Positions 42,492-53,973 are shown, counted from the first letter of the stretch. The stretch: DNA of 64,000 nucleotides from an uncultured delta proteobacterium (GCA_963745035.1 CAVUVW010000025.1:96001-160000); one strand, 5' to 3'. Numbers and translations: made by a program. Notes: generated by a model from the sequence alone, not told the origin.

Positions 42492-42526
42492 GGCGGTGCT
42501 GCGGTGGAGGTCACCGCAGCACCGCC
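42492..42526. other. Perfect 15-bp GC-rich stem-loop after amtB with no U-tract
   Basis: GGCGGTGCTGCGGTG-GAGGT-CACCGCAGCACCGCC. Confidence 0.75.
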
Positions 42527-42554
42527 CAGGAGACCACGCGGCTCAACCGAAATA

Positions 42555-44148
42555 TTAGACAGTTCCCTTGGAAAGCTCCGCCGCGCCGTAAGGCGCGGTT
42601 GATCCCGCCATTTTCCCCGATGGGTCAACCAGAGCGGAACCGCGCGCGGCCACCGTCACGAAATCAGGATAGGCGACGTTGCCGTGCTCGCCGATATCGA
42701 GGCCTTCGATCTCTTCGTCCGCCGGCACGCGGATGCCGACGGTCGCCGCGATGATTTTCCAGAAAATCAGCGATACGGTGAAGACAAATGCGCCTACACC
42801 CACGACGCCGACAAGCTGCTTCATCAGCAGCGCCGCGCCGCCGCCGAAGAACAAACCGTTGCCGGTGGTGTTGGGCGTGAAATGATCCTGCGCGAACAAT
42901 CCCACGCACAACGTGCCGAAGATACCGCAGACCAGGTGCACCGAAGTGGCGCCGACCGGATCGTCGATCTTGATCTTGTCGAAAAACAGCACCGAGACAA
43001 CAACCAAAAATCCGGCGATCAAGCCGATGATGAGCGAGCTGGGAATGCTTACGAAGGCGCAGCCGGCGGTGATCGCGACAAGCCCCGCCAGAGCGCCGTT
43101 GAGAATCATGCTGAGATCAGGCTTGCCCAAGAGCAACCATGCGGTGAGCGAAGCGGAAATGGCTGCCGCCGCTCCGGCGGTGTTGGTCGCCACGGCGATG
43201 CGTCCGATAGCGCCGGCATCCGCAGCCATGGTGCTGCCTGGATTGAAACCAAACCAGCCGAACCAGAGAACGAACACACCGAGAGTCGCCAAAGCCATGC
43301 TGTGGCCGGGAAGCGGCAAGGCTTTACCATCTTTGCTGTACTTGCCGATGCGCGGGCCGAGCACGATAATGCCCGCCAACGCGGCCCAGCCGCCCACCGA
43401 ATGCACCACCGTCGAACCGGCGAAGTCGAACATGCCGAGCTTGGCCACCCAACCACCGCCCCAGATCCAGTGGCCGGTGATCGGATAGATGATGCCGACC
43501 ATCAAAAAGGTGAAAATGTAGAAGGAGCCGAATTTGATGCGCTCGGCGACGGCGCCGGAGACGATGGTCGCCGCCGTGCCGGCGAAAACCAGCTGGAAGA
43601 AAAACTTCGTCCACAGCGGCACGCCCGTCCAGTTAAGCGCGGAGTACACTCCCTTGTAGGCATCGCCCATGGCGGGACTATTGTCGGCTCCGCCGACAAA
43701 CCAAAGCCCCTGAGTTCCCATGAACGCATTGCCGTCGCCGAACATCAGTCCCCAGCCGAGCGCCAAAAAAGCCAGAGAAGAAGCCGCGAAGACGATAAAG
43801 TTCTTGGCCAAAATTGTGACGGCGTTTTTCGCTCGACAAAGGCCGGACTCGACCGTCGCGAAGCCTAGGTTCATGAAGAAGACCAACATGCCCGCGATCA
43901 AGCGTCCACATGGTGTCCATCGCTACCTTGGCGCCGCCGATCTGCTCCAATAGTCCTTGTGTGAACTGCGCCGGCGCCGCACCCGGATCTTCTTTCTTCG
44001 CTTCAGCCGCCGGCGCTGCGGCGGGCGCTTCCACTTTGGACGGCTCACTCGGCGGCGGCTCCTGCGCGCGCGCAACGCTCGTGACGAGGAATATTCCCAA
44101 CAAGGCCGTCAACGACGCGAACGCTAAATATTTCTTTGCCTGCTTCAT
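42555..44148 (-). CDS. amtB: Ammonium transporter; frameshift near 43905
   Basis: Motifs FAGTAATIVSGAVAER, DFAGSTVVH, WFGFNPGS, DDPVGATSVH (twin His). The signal/N-terminal part lies in ORF 43678-44148. Confidence 0.95.
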
Positions 44149-44183
44149 TGTTTTCTCCCTCCTCGGAGTTTTGAGCTGATTTC

Positions 44184-44636
<453 letters not shown>

Positions 44637-44835
44637 CTAGTCGGTGAATTCTTTACAGATTCTTTACGATGGTGACGAGGCGGGCTTTGCGGAACTTCAT
44701 AGAGGCTGCTCAGAAATTAAGCCTGCCGCCTAAATTTCATGCAGCACGAAATGGATCAGGACGGTGTTGTGCGATCTAAACGTTAAGGTAGCAGTAAGGC
44801 GCTACTGTGTCACGACTGGGTGAGAAGCTTTTTGC

Positions 44836-44867
44836 GGGGCACGGCGCCCGGCGGGACGCCGTGCCCC
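44836..44867. repeat. REP-like palindrome
   Basis: GGGGCACGGCG...CGCCGTGCCCC forms an 11-bp stem. Single copy in the window. Confidence 0.5.
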
Positions 44868-44919
44868 TATCCCGACGTCCTGCACAGGAGGCACACACTG
44901 AACAGGGAATCCGAATCGA

Positions 44920-45105
44920 TTAGAGCTCGTCTTTATGGTTTCGCGCGAGTGCCTCGATTTGATCGGCAACTTCACGAAGCTCGCGCGCCAAACCTTGGAA
45001 CCCGTCGCTGATCACTTCCGTCGATGCCGTCGTATAGTGCACATGTACTAACGATTCGGGTCCAAGACTGACTTCCCACTTTTTTCCTGAATGGCTGTCA
45101 TCCAT
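44920..45105 (-). CDS. Hypothetical protein (61 aa)
   Basis: SD-like GAAGGA upstream and an amphipathic C-terminal helix. No family recognised. Confidence 0.4.
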   Translation of the reverse strand: MDDSHSGKKWEVSLGPESLVHVHYTTASTEVISDGFQGLARELREVADQIEALARNHKDEL

Positions 45106-45312
45106 TGTTTCGTTCCTTCACTGGCGCATTTTCGAATCAAATCGGCCCTCTCCACATGTTTGGCGGCGGACTCGGTCACCGATTTAAAACCGATAGCAAT
45201 GTCTCTCGATCAGTGGTGATCGACAAAAGTAGCTGGCTGTCTGAAGACCTGAAAAGGCGGAGATGGCTGGCTGTAAAATTTTTCTTCCAACGCTTCGACT
45301 GACGCGCGAATG

Positions 45313-45603
45313 TTATTGGTCCTCCGTTACCTTTGCCGGCAGAGGAACCGCGCTCGACTCGCAGGCCTTGATCTGCCAGCGGACCGCACGCCCGCAGTAT
45401 TCCTGCGCGATCGCCGATTCCATACTCGGGTCGTAGCGGAGCGCAAGAATCAGATAGTGCAGCGCAATCGCCATGGCGATCTTTTCACCCGGCGTCTTCG
45501 CGTGCTTCTCTTCGAGCCAAATGGTCGCCGTATGAATCGTCTCCACCGGGAAACGCTCCGTATGTCGATATAAATCCCAAGCTTTCTTTACTAGAAGATC
45601 CAT
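45313..45603 (-). CDS. Hypothetical protein (96 aa)
   Basis: Starts 4 nt after the upstream ORF stop, with protein-like composition. Confidence 0.45.
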   Translation of the reverse strand: MDLLVKKAWDLYRHTERFPVETIHTATIWLEEKHAKTPGEKIAMAIALHYLILALRYDPSMESAIAQEYCGRAVRWQIKACESSAVPLPAKVTEDQ

Positions 45604-45626
45604 CGCTCACCTGCCGATCTGCGGAA

Positions 45627-46302
45627 TCATTTCTCGTTCCAGCGGAGGCCGTCCTGTTGCACGAACGACAGCGACGAAATATGCCGCGTGCGATTGAATT
45701 TTTCGCTGCCGTTGCCGCCGGGCTTTTCTTCGAAGTGGGTGACCTCCAACACGTACCGCCCCGCCCATGGGGTCGGCAGCGTCACCTGACCCTTGGCATC
45801 GGTGGTCAACGGTTTCTGCCATTTGGCGGGTCCGACGATGGTCACTTCGGCTTTTGACAGCGGCGCGCCGAGAAAGAAAAGCGTCATCGTATTGCCGTTG
45901 GCAGCGGTGGGTACCAACTCCAAGTCGAGCTTCGCTGCGGTCTCGCGTTCGGCCCGCTTTGGCGTAATAGATGGTTTTCGTTGCGCCGCCTTTCTCTTTG
46001 TCCTCGCGCGCCGGCATGCTGCTCTCGACCAGGCGCACATCGCCGCTCCCTTTGAGTTGAATCTCCAGATGATTTTCGTTCCTTTTGATCGGCAGCGGCT
46101 CGCCGCCGGCGAGGAAGACGCGCGGTGCTTTGATGCGATCGAGCATTCCCCCGCTTTTTTCGCGGATGTCATCGATCCACTCTCCGAGGTACGCGCGCGC
46201 CGGTCCGTCGCCGTCGCGCTCGAGCCAGACGTAGTGAGCGCGCGCCTGAGTACTCATCAAAGAGGCGGCAAACAAAATGAGCAGCGTAAACCACTTCGCC
46301 AT
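45627..46302 (-). CDS. Periplasmic DUF4198-like protein; frameshift near 45955
   Basis: Signal ending ARA-H, HYVWLE, YYAK, then LELVP...TDAKGQVTLPTPWAGRYVLE. Confidence 0.7.
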
Positions 46303-46321
46303 GAGCGTTCCTCCTGCGAAT

Positions 46322-48129
46322 TTAGGCCGTCAAGGCAGCGCGCTCTTGCTGCTGCAGTGTTGCGGCCACGCCGTCGAACCAATGCTTGGACGGCACGTCG
46401 TATTCAGCGTCGCAATCAACCCGCGGGTAAAGTCGAATGCCGCCGTGCCGTTCCAACGCCGCGTCGAGATCTCGGCCGCACTTGCAGAACTGATCGTAAG
46501 TCGTGTTGCCGAGCGCGAGCACGGAAAACTTGACGCCACGCAGATCGAGACCATTGCCGCGCACCACTGCTTCCCAAAAGGGCGCGGCATCATCGGGCGG
46601 CTCGCCGTCGCCATAAGTGCTCATGATGAACAGCACGCAGCTTGCTTGGCTCAGGACATCGGGCTGACAATGCGCCATGTCGCGCACACGCGCGACTATG
46701 CCTTGGCCGCGCAGTTTTGCGGCGAGCCGGTTTGCCAACCGCTCGGCGTTGCCGGTCACCGTGCCGTAGAGAATCAGCGGCGCATCGTCGTTGAACGGCG
46801 CGCTCCAGTCAGTGCGAGCCTCTTCGTGTCCGTTCTGGGCATGTCCGTTGGTGAAGCTGGTTGCTTGTTCCATGGCGGCGGTCGTGAGCTCCTTTGCTGT
46901 CTCAGAAATTTGCGGCACGGCTGATGAAGGAATGGACTGAATTTCGACAGGTGCGGTTTCGTAAGGAACGGTGGGCGCATCTTCGGCATCGCGTTTTCGG
47001 TAGCGGAAGCGCCGCCATGCCATCGCCACGCCGGTCCATACCAGGAAGCAGCCACCGAGCGACGCTAGACCGGCGACGGTCTGACCGATAAACCCGAGCG
47101 CTTCACCGGTGTGAAGGCCGCGCACCCAGACGCGGAGTTTGCGGCCGGTGCTGGCGGCGGCGTAGGGTTCCCACTTCACGATTTCGGCACTGGCTTGATT
47201 CAGCGTGAGCTGCGAGCGCGCGAAGATGTGCGGCGCGCTCGGTTCCTGGATCAAGACATTGATTGGCCCGTCGCCGCCTGGCGGCAGGCGCAGCATCATC
47301 ATGACCCAACCCGGAGCTTGCTGCTCGGCGCGGGCGAGAAAGGCATCGAAGCTTGCCAGCGGTTTGCGCTCGCGCGCCTCGCCTTCGCCGCGCCGCTGCT
47401 GCGCTTGAGCCATAGGACCACTCGCCGCTCTGCGGCGGCGGCTCGCTGCCGGTCAACGTATAAAGGAGATCGTTGGCCCACGGATAAGACATGACCGCAG
47501 CGGTGAGGGTCAGCACCACCAGCACGCCGGATGACCAGAAACCGATAACGTTGTGCCAATTCCAATCGCGTGCTTTGCCGCGCAGGCGAGGATTGAAAAG
47601 GAGGCTGGATTTCAATCCTCGCCAGTGCCAACTGCGCGGCCACCAGAGATAAACTCCGGTGATGGCAAGCCAAAAGAAAGCAAGATTGCAGGCACCGGTG
47701 ATGGCGCGCCCGGTGGCGCGCCCTTCGCCTTCCATGCCGAGCCAGCGGTGCCAATCGATCACGTCGTGAAACCAGTCGTGCAGCTTAGAGCCCTTGCCCA
47801 GGACTGCGCCGCTATAGGGGTTGACGTAGATCGCACCCTCGCGGCCGAAGCCGACGGCGACGGCGGCTGTCGGCTCGTTGCGCAGGACTACGCCCGTGGG
47901 GCGGGCATTCGGGATTTTGCGCGCGGGCGGCGGCTACGATTTGATCCAGGCTCAGCTTCGCCGCGCCGGCCGGCGGCACCACTTCACGCACGTCACGCTC
48001 GGCGTACTCGACCATTTGGTGCTCGTACATGAGAATCACGCCGGTGGCCGACATGAGGAAAATCACCGCCCCGGCGACCACGCCAGCGATCAGATGAGAC
48101 CAGAAAAGGATTTTATGCAGCAGCTTCAT
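46322..48129 (-). CDS. PepSY-associated TM protein (PiuB-like) fused to a flavodoxin domain; frameshifts near 47900 and 47420
   Basis: His-bearing TM motifs FWSHL, DWHRWL, NWHNVIG, GLHTG. Flavodoxin motifs LYGTVTGNAE, STYGDGEPP, ALGNTTYDQFC are in frame with the last TM helix. Confidence 0.8.
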
Positions 48130-48142
48130 GCCTCTCCCGGAG

Positions 48143-48673
48143 CTAGTCGGCCTTGCCCGCCTGCAAAACCCCCAGCTCGCTACGCAGCCAGTCGCGCAAA
48201 ATTTCCTTCTCGTAGCGCAACGGGTCCTCACGCGGATAGTCGACGCGCAGTTGATAGTCGAGATCCGTCAGTTGGCGTTGACCTTCCTTGATGATTTGGT
48301 CGCCGGCATCGACGACGCGGAACTCGAATGCGATGCGCGGCGGATAAATGCTCTTGTTCACGCGCACGTGCTCGAACTGGGGGCCGCGGAAGAGCTCGAA
48401 ATCACCAGCCAGATCGATATCGGTGATCTTGATCTCGAGGCGCATGGGCTCGGGCAGATACCGCGTACCGGTAGCCGCAATGAAGCGTTGCAGTTGCAGC
48501 AGGATCGCGGGCGAGCTCCTCTCGGTCTTCGCGTAACCGGCATCAGTGAACCCGTCCGGCTTGACGAAGACGACCGAAACTCGGGCGGGAGTCTCCGGCT
48601 CCGACGCTACGGCCGGCGCGCCTGCCGCCACAATCATCGCCGTCAAAAACCAACTGAGCAAAATGGTTCTCAT
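48143..48673 (-). CDS. DUF3016-family periplasmic protein
   Basis: Motifs PDGFTD, ITDIDLAG, YPPRI, LRYEK...DW. Confidence 0.8.
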   Translation of the reverse strand: MRTILLSWFLTAMIVAAGAPAVASEPETPARVSVVFVKPDGFTDAGYAKTERSSPAILLQLQRFIAATGTRYLPEPMRLEIKITDIDLAGDFELFRGPQFEHVRVNKSIYPPRIAFEFRVVDAGDQIIKEGQRQLTDLDYQLRVDYPREDPLRYEKEILRDWLRSELGVLQAGKAD

Positions 48674-48677
48674 ACTC

Positions 48678-49358
48678 TCAAACCTCCGCGAAGCGCCGCA
48701 GCAAATTGTGATAGCAGTTGGTCAGCTCGACGACAGCGCCGTGATTGGGTACCGCTTGATTCACCTTGTTGATGGCCATGTCGAGATCGAAGAGCAGGGT
48801 ACGATTGCCGTCGTCGCGCACCATGCTTTGTACCCAGAAAAAGGACGCGAGCCGGATGCCGCGCGTCACGGGCTTGACGTGGTGCAGGCTGCTCGCCGGA
48901 TAGACCACCATGTCGCCGGCGGGAAGCTTGACCGCGTGCGCGCCGTACACATCGTCGATCACCAACTCGCCGCCGTCGTAGTCTTCCGGTGCGCTCAAAA
49001 ACAGCGTTGCGGAGATATCCGTGCGCACGCGCAGCGGCGTGCCGGGAATTTGCCGGATCGAGTTGTCCAGATGAGCGCCGAACGATTCGCCGCCTTCGTA
49101 GCGATTGAAAAGCGGCGGGAACACCCGCAGCGGCAAGGTCGCCGTAATGAACAGCGGGTTGCGCTCCAGGGCTCCCACAATCATGTCGCCCAACTCGCGC
49201 GCTTCCGTACTGTTCTCCGGAAGCTGGCGGTTGTCTTTGACCTGAGACGATTGATGCCCCGCCGTCACCCGGCCGTCGACCCAGCTCGCGCGGTTCATCA
49301 CTTCGCGGCAGCGCGCGACCTGCTCGGAGTTGAGGACATGGGGTACTTGGACGATCAT
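48678..49358 (-). CDS. piuC: PKHD-type Fe(II)/2OG dioxygenase (PiuC/YbiX)
   Basis: Motifs [48 protein letters not shown]. Confidence 0.92.
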   Translation of the reverse strand: MIVQVPHVLNSEQVARCREVMNRASWVDGRVTAGHQSSQVKDNRQLPENSTEARELGDMIVGALERNPLFITATLPLRVFPPLFNRYEGGESFGAHLDNSIRQIPGTPLRVRTDISATLFLSAPEDYDGGELVIDDVYGAHAVKLPAGDMVVYPASSLHHVKPVTRGIRLASFFWVQSMVRDDGNRTLLFDLDMAINKVNQAVPNHGAVVELTNCYHNLLRRFAEV

Positions 49359-49374
49359 CTTTCCTAGAAGCTCC

Positions 49375-51547
49375 CTAAAACCTGAAACTCGCGGTGCCGA
49401 TGAACGTGCGTCCGGCGGCAGGAAGTACGTGAGCCGGATGTGTGTTCTCGTAATGATGGTCATTGGTGAAGTTGAGTGCGTTGAGACGCAACTGGATTTT
49501 CGGTGTTATGTTGTACGCGATAGTCGAGTCCCATCTGACATAGCCAGGCGCGCGGTTCGTGTTATCGGCGTTCGCATATCGACTGCCAACGTAAGTCGGA
49601 CCGCCGCCAATCTGAAACTTCTCGAGGAAGTCATAGGTGGTCCAGAAAGTCGCACTATGCTGCGGCACGTTTGCGAGTTCTTTGCCGACGTTGGATGGAG
49701 TCGTCGATTTGACCTGTTCGGTGTCCAGGTAAGTGTAGCTGGCGAAAACATTTAATCCGGTAAAAACCCGGCCGGCGACGCTCAGTTCGAAGCCTTGGGA
49801 GCGCTGTTTGCCGTCCGTAACGTTCGGCAAGGTGGGATCGATGGGATTCGGCACGCGGGCGTTATCCTTGTTGATCCGGAATACCGCTGCTTGAACGTTG
49901 AGCGCTCCCTGAAAGAACTGCAACTTCGTACCGAATTCGAACATTTCATTTTCTTCGGGCGGAACGCCGTCAGTCGTATTTGTGACAGTGAGAGCCTCCG
50001 CCGACGGATTAAACGAAGTGGCATAGGAAAAATAGATGCTCTGATTAGCCCATGGGTGGAAGATCAAGCCGCCGCGATAGCTGAACTCCTTGTCGATCTG
50101 GCTGCGGTCCGCGTTGGTCGCTAGTTTATCGTCTACGTCCGCGCCGAAATAATCCCAGCGCACGCCGCCGACGACTTCAAAGTATTCGTTGAGCTTGATC
50201 TGATCGGCGGCATAAATGCCGAAGCCGGTCGCCGTGACATCCGAATTGAAGTTAGGCGCCGTGGCCGGTAGCAGCGGCGCATTGTTGTCCGGGTCGAGTA
50301 TCGGAGTCGGCCCAGCCGCGTTCTTGTTCCAGCGCTTCGCGTCGTTTGTTTCGTGGGAAACTTCAATGCCGCTATTGAGAGTATGTTTGAAGCTCCACGT
50401 ATCGAATTTGGCGATGAGGTCGGTCTGGTTGGTCAAAATAGTTTCCTGCGTCTCTCGATTTGGTCGGTTACGATTGACGTTTACTCCCACAAGGGAAGGG
50501 GGAACAGGCGTTCCCGCGATGCGCGGTGGGGTGACACCGGCATCGCGATTGACGAGCGTAAACCGCATATTATTGCGCAAACTCAATTGATCATTGAAAC
50601 GATGATCGAATCTCACATTACCGACATTGGTAAAGGTGCGCTCATGATCGACCTTGGGAAAGCCAAAGAAAGTGTCCCGGTCGATTTTCGGCGGCTCGCC
50701 AAAAATGTAAGGATGTCCGTAGTCGGGAACATTGTCCTCGTATTGGCCGAGATAGCTGATGATGACCTGAGTGGGTCTACCCAAACCGAAAGCGAACGAA
50801 GGGGCAAATCCAAACCGCATGCCTTCAATGTCGTCGCGCTCCACTACATCCAGTCTTTGAGCCATGCCGTTGAGACGGAAGGCCATGGAATCGCCCACCG
50901 GCTGGTTGACATCGATGGTCCCTCGGACATAAAGACCGCTCCCCATCCCGAAGGTGCCGCTATAGGCAGGGTCGAGAAGCGGCGTTTTGCTCACTTGGTT
51001 GATGATGCCGCCGGTGGAGCCGCGCCCGAAATAGAAGGATGAGGGGCCCTTCAGAACTTCCACCGCTTCGAGATTAAACACGTCGCGAATGTAGGAACCC
51101 TGATCATGCACGCCGTCAAGATACATGTCGTTGCGGGTGCTGAAACCGCGCAAGGTAAAACTGTCACCTTGCGCGCCGCCACCTTCGCCCGGCTGCAATG
51201 CCGATGCCCGACACGTTTCGAAGAGCGTCCTTGAGACTCCAGCCGGCCTGTTCTTCGATCAGCTTGCGCGGAACGATGGTGATCGATTGCGGCACGTCTT
51301 GGAGCGGCACTGGTATACGCGACAGCGAAGATGTCGGCGGCACATACGGGTTGGTCTGGTCTTGCACCACCACCTGCGGCAAAGTGAACGTTTCTTCTTT
51401 CTTCGGCTCCGCGGCAATCGCGTTGCTCGCCAACGCGAAACTGAAAGCCACCGCTCGCCCGACTCCTTCCCCAGCCGCAAGGCTGATTTTGCGGAGCGCC
51501 TTCTCGCACTGTCTTCTATCGTTGGCGCGTTTTTCTTGTCGACTCAT
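49375..51547 (-). CDS. TonB-dependent siderophore receptor (Fiu/PiuA-like); frameshift near 51195
   Basis: TonB box-like TLPQVVV, plug [10 protein letters not shown]...[24 protein letters not shown]-terminal FRF. Confidence 0.92.
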
Positions 51548-51617
51548 GATTCCTCCAGGTTGTGTTTTTCGCTGGCTGGCATGAGTCGTCTCATATGCTG
51601 GCTGGCTGGTTAATACT

Positions 51618-51809
51618 TCACTTTGTCAAAATCAGCTTGCCGTTTTTGGTGATGCGCAAGTTGTATTCTTCGTCATGATGCACGATTACGATTTCGCTGT
51701 TGCCCTGAAAAAGCCGCTGGCTCTCGATGCGCGGCTTTCTTCCGGCCGCGGTCGAGGTCGCCGCACCGGCAGGCGCCTCCGACGCGAAATTCATTCGGCT
51801 TTCTGCCAT
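51618..51809 (-). CDS. hemP: Hemin uptake protein HemP/HmuP
   Basis: Motif IESQRLF...YNLRITKNGKLILTK. Confidence 0.88.
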   Translation of the reverse strand: MAESRMNFASEAPAGAATSTAAGRKPRIESQRLFQGNSEIVIVHHDEEYNLRITKNGKLILTK

Positions 51810-51817
51810 CGAATTCC

Positions 51818-52644
51818 TCAATGCAGCTCGAATTTCACCGGTAGCATGACCCAGACCGATACCGGATCTTTGCCGCGCTTCGCCGGCTCGAACAGCCATT
51901 TCTTGACCGCTTCCGTCGCCGCCAGATCGAGATCGCGAAAGCCGGCCGACTGTTCGACAAGCACCTCGCCGACCCTGCCGTTTTCCAGCACGCGCACGCG
52001 CAGTGTCGTCACGCCTTGAGCGCCCGCTCTTCTCGCGGACTCCGGATAGCGCGGCTTCACCTGGTAGCCGCCAAGGGGTCGAGCCAACCCTGAAAGCGCC
52101 TCTCCCGAACCCGAACCGCCGCCGGTGCCGTCGCCCTTGGCGCCCCGTCCCAAACCTGCCTTGCCTTTTCCGCCCCCGCCGCCGGCCACTCCGACATCGC
52201 CCCGGTCAAAGAGATTGCCGGCGCCGGCCGCGCTGCCTTCGGCCTCGGCCGCTTTGGAGCCGGTATTCAAGCCGGCCATGGCAGTGCCGAGCGTTTTCCA
52301 GCAGCGACGCAAGCGGCTGGGGCTCTTCGACCGGCTTCTCTTTGATCTCTTCCTTCGTATTGCCGGTCGGCGGCAGCGGAGCTGGTTTCGAAAACCGGCT
52401 TCGATAACAACTTTGGCGCCGTGATGTTTTGCGGCTTGGGTTTTGGTTTCGGCGCCGGCGGTGGAGGGGGCGGCGCGACTTCAATTTTCTTTGGTTGCTC
52501 GACCCGCGGTACGTCGATCAACTCGATGGGCACGGTGACCGGCTTGATCGGTTTGGCGTGAATGATCAGCGCGGCGATGGGAATCAGCCCCAAATGAATC
52601 AACGACGACGCTGTGAAGGATGGAATCAGCCAGCGCTCGTTCAT
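51818..52644 (-). CDS. tonB: Energy transducer TonB; two frameshifts in the Pro-rich region
   Basis: TM helix with SSLIHL, Pro/Lys-rich linker, C-terminal PRYPESARRAG...LPVKF. Confidence 0.88.
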
Positions 52645-53054
52645 TTTTTCTGCTCCTTGGGTTTCACCGCGATCGCCATCTTGGCGACGTTGGCGGCGCG
52701 CGCGATATCCATGACCTCGACCACTTGACCATGCGCCACGCCGTCGTCGGCGTTGATAACGACCAGCATGTCGGCATTCTTCGCGAGCTGCTGTTTCAAG
52801 GCATCGCTGAGCGCAGCCCTGTCGATAGCCTGCTGGTTGAGAAACAGCCGCCCGTCCTTGTCGATCGTGATTGCCGCGCTTTCAGCAGGCGCTTGCTGAC
52901 CCGAGGCGGCCTTGGGCAGATTGACCGGCATGCCCTTGAACTGAGTCATCGACAGGGTCGAGATCATGAAAAAGACCAGCAGAAAGAAGATCGTGTCGAT
53001 CATCGGAATGATCTCGATGCGCGCTTTCTTGATGCTGCGGCGTTGCAGGCGCAT
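52641..53054 (-). CDS. exbD: Biopolymer transport protein ExbD
   Basis: Motifs IIPMIDTIFFLLVFFM, VNLPKA, INADDGV. Confidence 0.92.
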   Translation of the reverse strand: MRLQRRSIKKARIEIIPMIDTIFFLLVFFMISTLSMTQFKGMPVNLPKAASGQQAPAESAAITIDKDGRLFLNQQAIDRAALSDALKQQLAKNADMLVVINADDGVAHGQVVEVMDIARAANVAKMAIAVKPKEQKK

Positions 53055-53663
53055 CAGTGTTTCCCCGCGTGCTCGTGTAACAGCAGCTCGAGGGACGAGC
53101 TGTAGTGCTCCATGGCGTCCATTTCTTTCTCCACTCGGACGCTGAAGTAGTTGTAAGGAATCAGAGTCAAGATCGCGATCAGAAGGCCTGTAGCCGTGGC
53201 GATAAGCGCCTCGGCAACGCCGCCGGTGACGGCGTGCGGCTGCCCCATGCCGGCCTCCGACATGATATCGAAAGAACCGATCATGCCGACGACGGTGCCG
53301 AGCAGGCCGAGCAGCGGCGCCAAGGTGACGATCGTGTCCAACGTGCCGAGCCGGCTCTTGAGCGCGGGGACCTGTGCCTGCGCGGCGGCTTCCATGGCCT
53401 TGGCGGGCGCGGGGTTGCGATGCGCCAGTCCGGCGACAAGCACGCGCGCGATCGGATGCGGCGACTCCTTGCCGAGCTTCATGGCTTTGTCAAATTCACC
53501 GGCCTCGACCAGGCCGAGCATGCTTTGCAACGGTCCGTTGCGATTTGATTCTGGCCCAGAAGAACAGGCGCTCGATGGTGAGCGCGAGTGAGATGAGCGA
53601 GCAGGCGAGCAGCGGAATCATTACGATGCCGCCTTTGACGATGATGGAAACGACTTCGGACAT
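53054..53663 (-). CDS. exbB: MotA/TolQ/ExbB proton channel; frameshift near 53530
   Basis: Motifs GGIVMIPLLACS, APLLGLLGTVVGM, AEALIATATGL. Confidence 0.92.
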
Positions 53664-53665
53664 TG

Positions 53666-53878
53666 CTATTGGACCAGACCTTTCTTGAGAGCGGGATGAT
53701 GATCGATTAGCGCGCGCTCGGCGCCCTCCGCCACGCTCTGCATGGCGATGCCGAGATCGCGGAGATCCTCGCGCGAGATATGCAGAATGACGTTGCCGTA
53801 ATGAAAGTGAGCGGTATCCTCGCTGCAGTTGCAAAGCGAAACCGACCATCTGCCTTCGGGTGATTTGATTCCATGCAT
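53666..53878 (-). CDS. Small Cys/His-containing hypothetical protein (70 aa), first gene of the tonB operon
   Basis: SD GGAGG. Stop lies 2 nt before the exbB ATG. Motif LCNC-x5-HFH. Confidence 0.7.
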   Translation of the reverse strand: MHGIKSPEGRWSVSLCNCSEDTAHFHYGNVILHISREDLRDLGIAMQSVAEGAERALIDHHPALKKGLVQ

Positions 53879-53890
53879 GGTGACCTCCGC

Positions 53891-53944
53891 AAAATAAAAA
53901 AGCCCGGAACACCCGCTGAAAATGTTTCAGCGAAACCCCGGGCT
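53891..53944 (-). terminator. Terminator-like hairpin in the 5' leader of the tonB operon
   Basis: AGCCCGGGG-UUU-CGCUGAAA-CAU-UUUCAGCG-GGUG-UUCCGGGCU followed by UUUUUAUUUU. Confidence 0.7.
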
Positions 53945-53973
53945 CTGGATTCTCGATCGCTGGCCGCTACGTG

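Noticed and set aside
53916-53930. CTGAAAATGTTTCAG as a Fur box
   Set aside because: The core is 13 bp, shorter than the 7-1-7 Fur pattern, and is better explained as the upper stem of the leader hairpin.
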